Positions 63,649 through 64,000 of a DNA stretch of 64,000 bases are shown here, piece by piece. The stretch lies in the NCBI RefSeq assembly GCF_056712565.1, contig NZ_CM160072.1. One strand, written 5' to 3'. The notes under the pieces are model-generated. The model did not search any database and was not told the DNA's origin. It saw only the letters and a program-made list of their open reading frames with translations. Made by a program: the position numbers and the translations under genes. Each line of letters begins with the position of its first letter. Positions within the stretch are counted from its first letter, which is position 1.

Positions 63649-64000
63649 ATGCTTGACGCTCAAACCATCGCTACAGTAAAAGCCACCATCCCTTTACTGG
63701 TGGAAACGGGACCAAAGTTAACCGCCCATTTCTACGACCGTATGTTTACTCATAACCCAGAACTCAAAGAAATTTTTAACATGAGTAACCAGCGTAATGG
63801 CGATCAACGTGAAGCCCTGTTTAACGCTATTGCCGCCTACGCCAGCAATATTGAAAACCTGCCTGCGCTGCTGCCAGCGGTAGAAAAAATCGCGCAGAAG
63901 CACACCAGTTTCCAGATCAAACCGGAACAGTACAACATCGTCGGTGAACACCTGTTGGCAACGCTGGACGAAATGTTCAGCCCGGGGCAGGAAGTGCTGG
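63649..64000 (+). CDS. hmp: Flavohemoglobin (NO dioxygenase), 3'-partial (runs off window end)
   Basis: [65 protein letters not shown]...: globin domain N-terminus, ATG with GGAAG RBS. Confidence 0.9.

Overview
This window reads as an Escherichia coli chromosomal segment (gene order guaA-guaB / xseA / yfgJ-der-bamB-yfgM-hisS-ispG-rodZ-rlmN-ndk-pbpC-yfhM / sseA / sseB-pepB-iscX-fdx-hscA-hscB-iscAUSR-trmJ / suhB-yfhR-csiE / hcaT / yphA / yphB-G / yphH / glyA / hmp), recognised from the translated ORFs. Three accessory features stand out against this core backbone. (1) The first ~2.9 kb is the integrase-proximal end of an integrative element (partial AlpA-like regulator, MT-A70 adenine methyltransferase, small ORFs, tyrosine integrase) abutting the 3' end of guaA. 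(2) An ~11.6 kb insertion between xseA and yfgJ carries three minus-strand genes: an intimin/invasin-type inverse autotransporter (SinH-like), a small secreted paralogue (SinI-like), and a giant secreted tandem-repeat protein (RatA-like, about 2,680 aa if intact) that is split by a 1-bp frameshift in a short C tract. This resembles the Salmonella CS54-type locus and is the most interesting system here; its repeat module has no function I can assign. (3) hcaT is followed directly by yphA with only a REP-containing spacer, so the hcaR-hcaEFCBD phenylpropionate cluster is absent. Gene names and family assignments are from memory of these protein families, not from any search. Coordinates of genes come from the supplied ORF track, with starts trimmed where the track ORF begins at an upstream alternative codon; coordinates of hairpins, repeats and small ORFs were counted by hand and may be off by 1-2 nt. 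No tRNA, rRNA or CRISPR array was seen.
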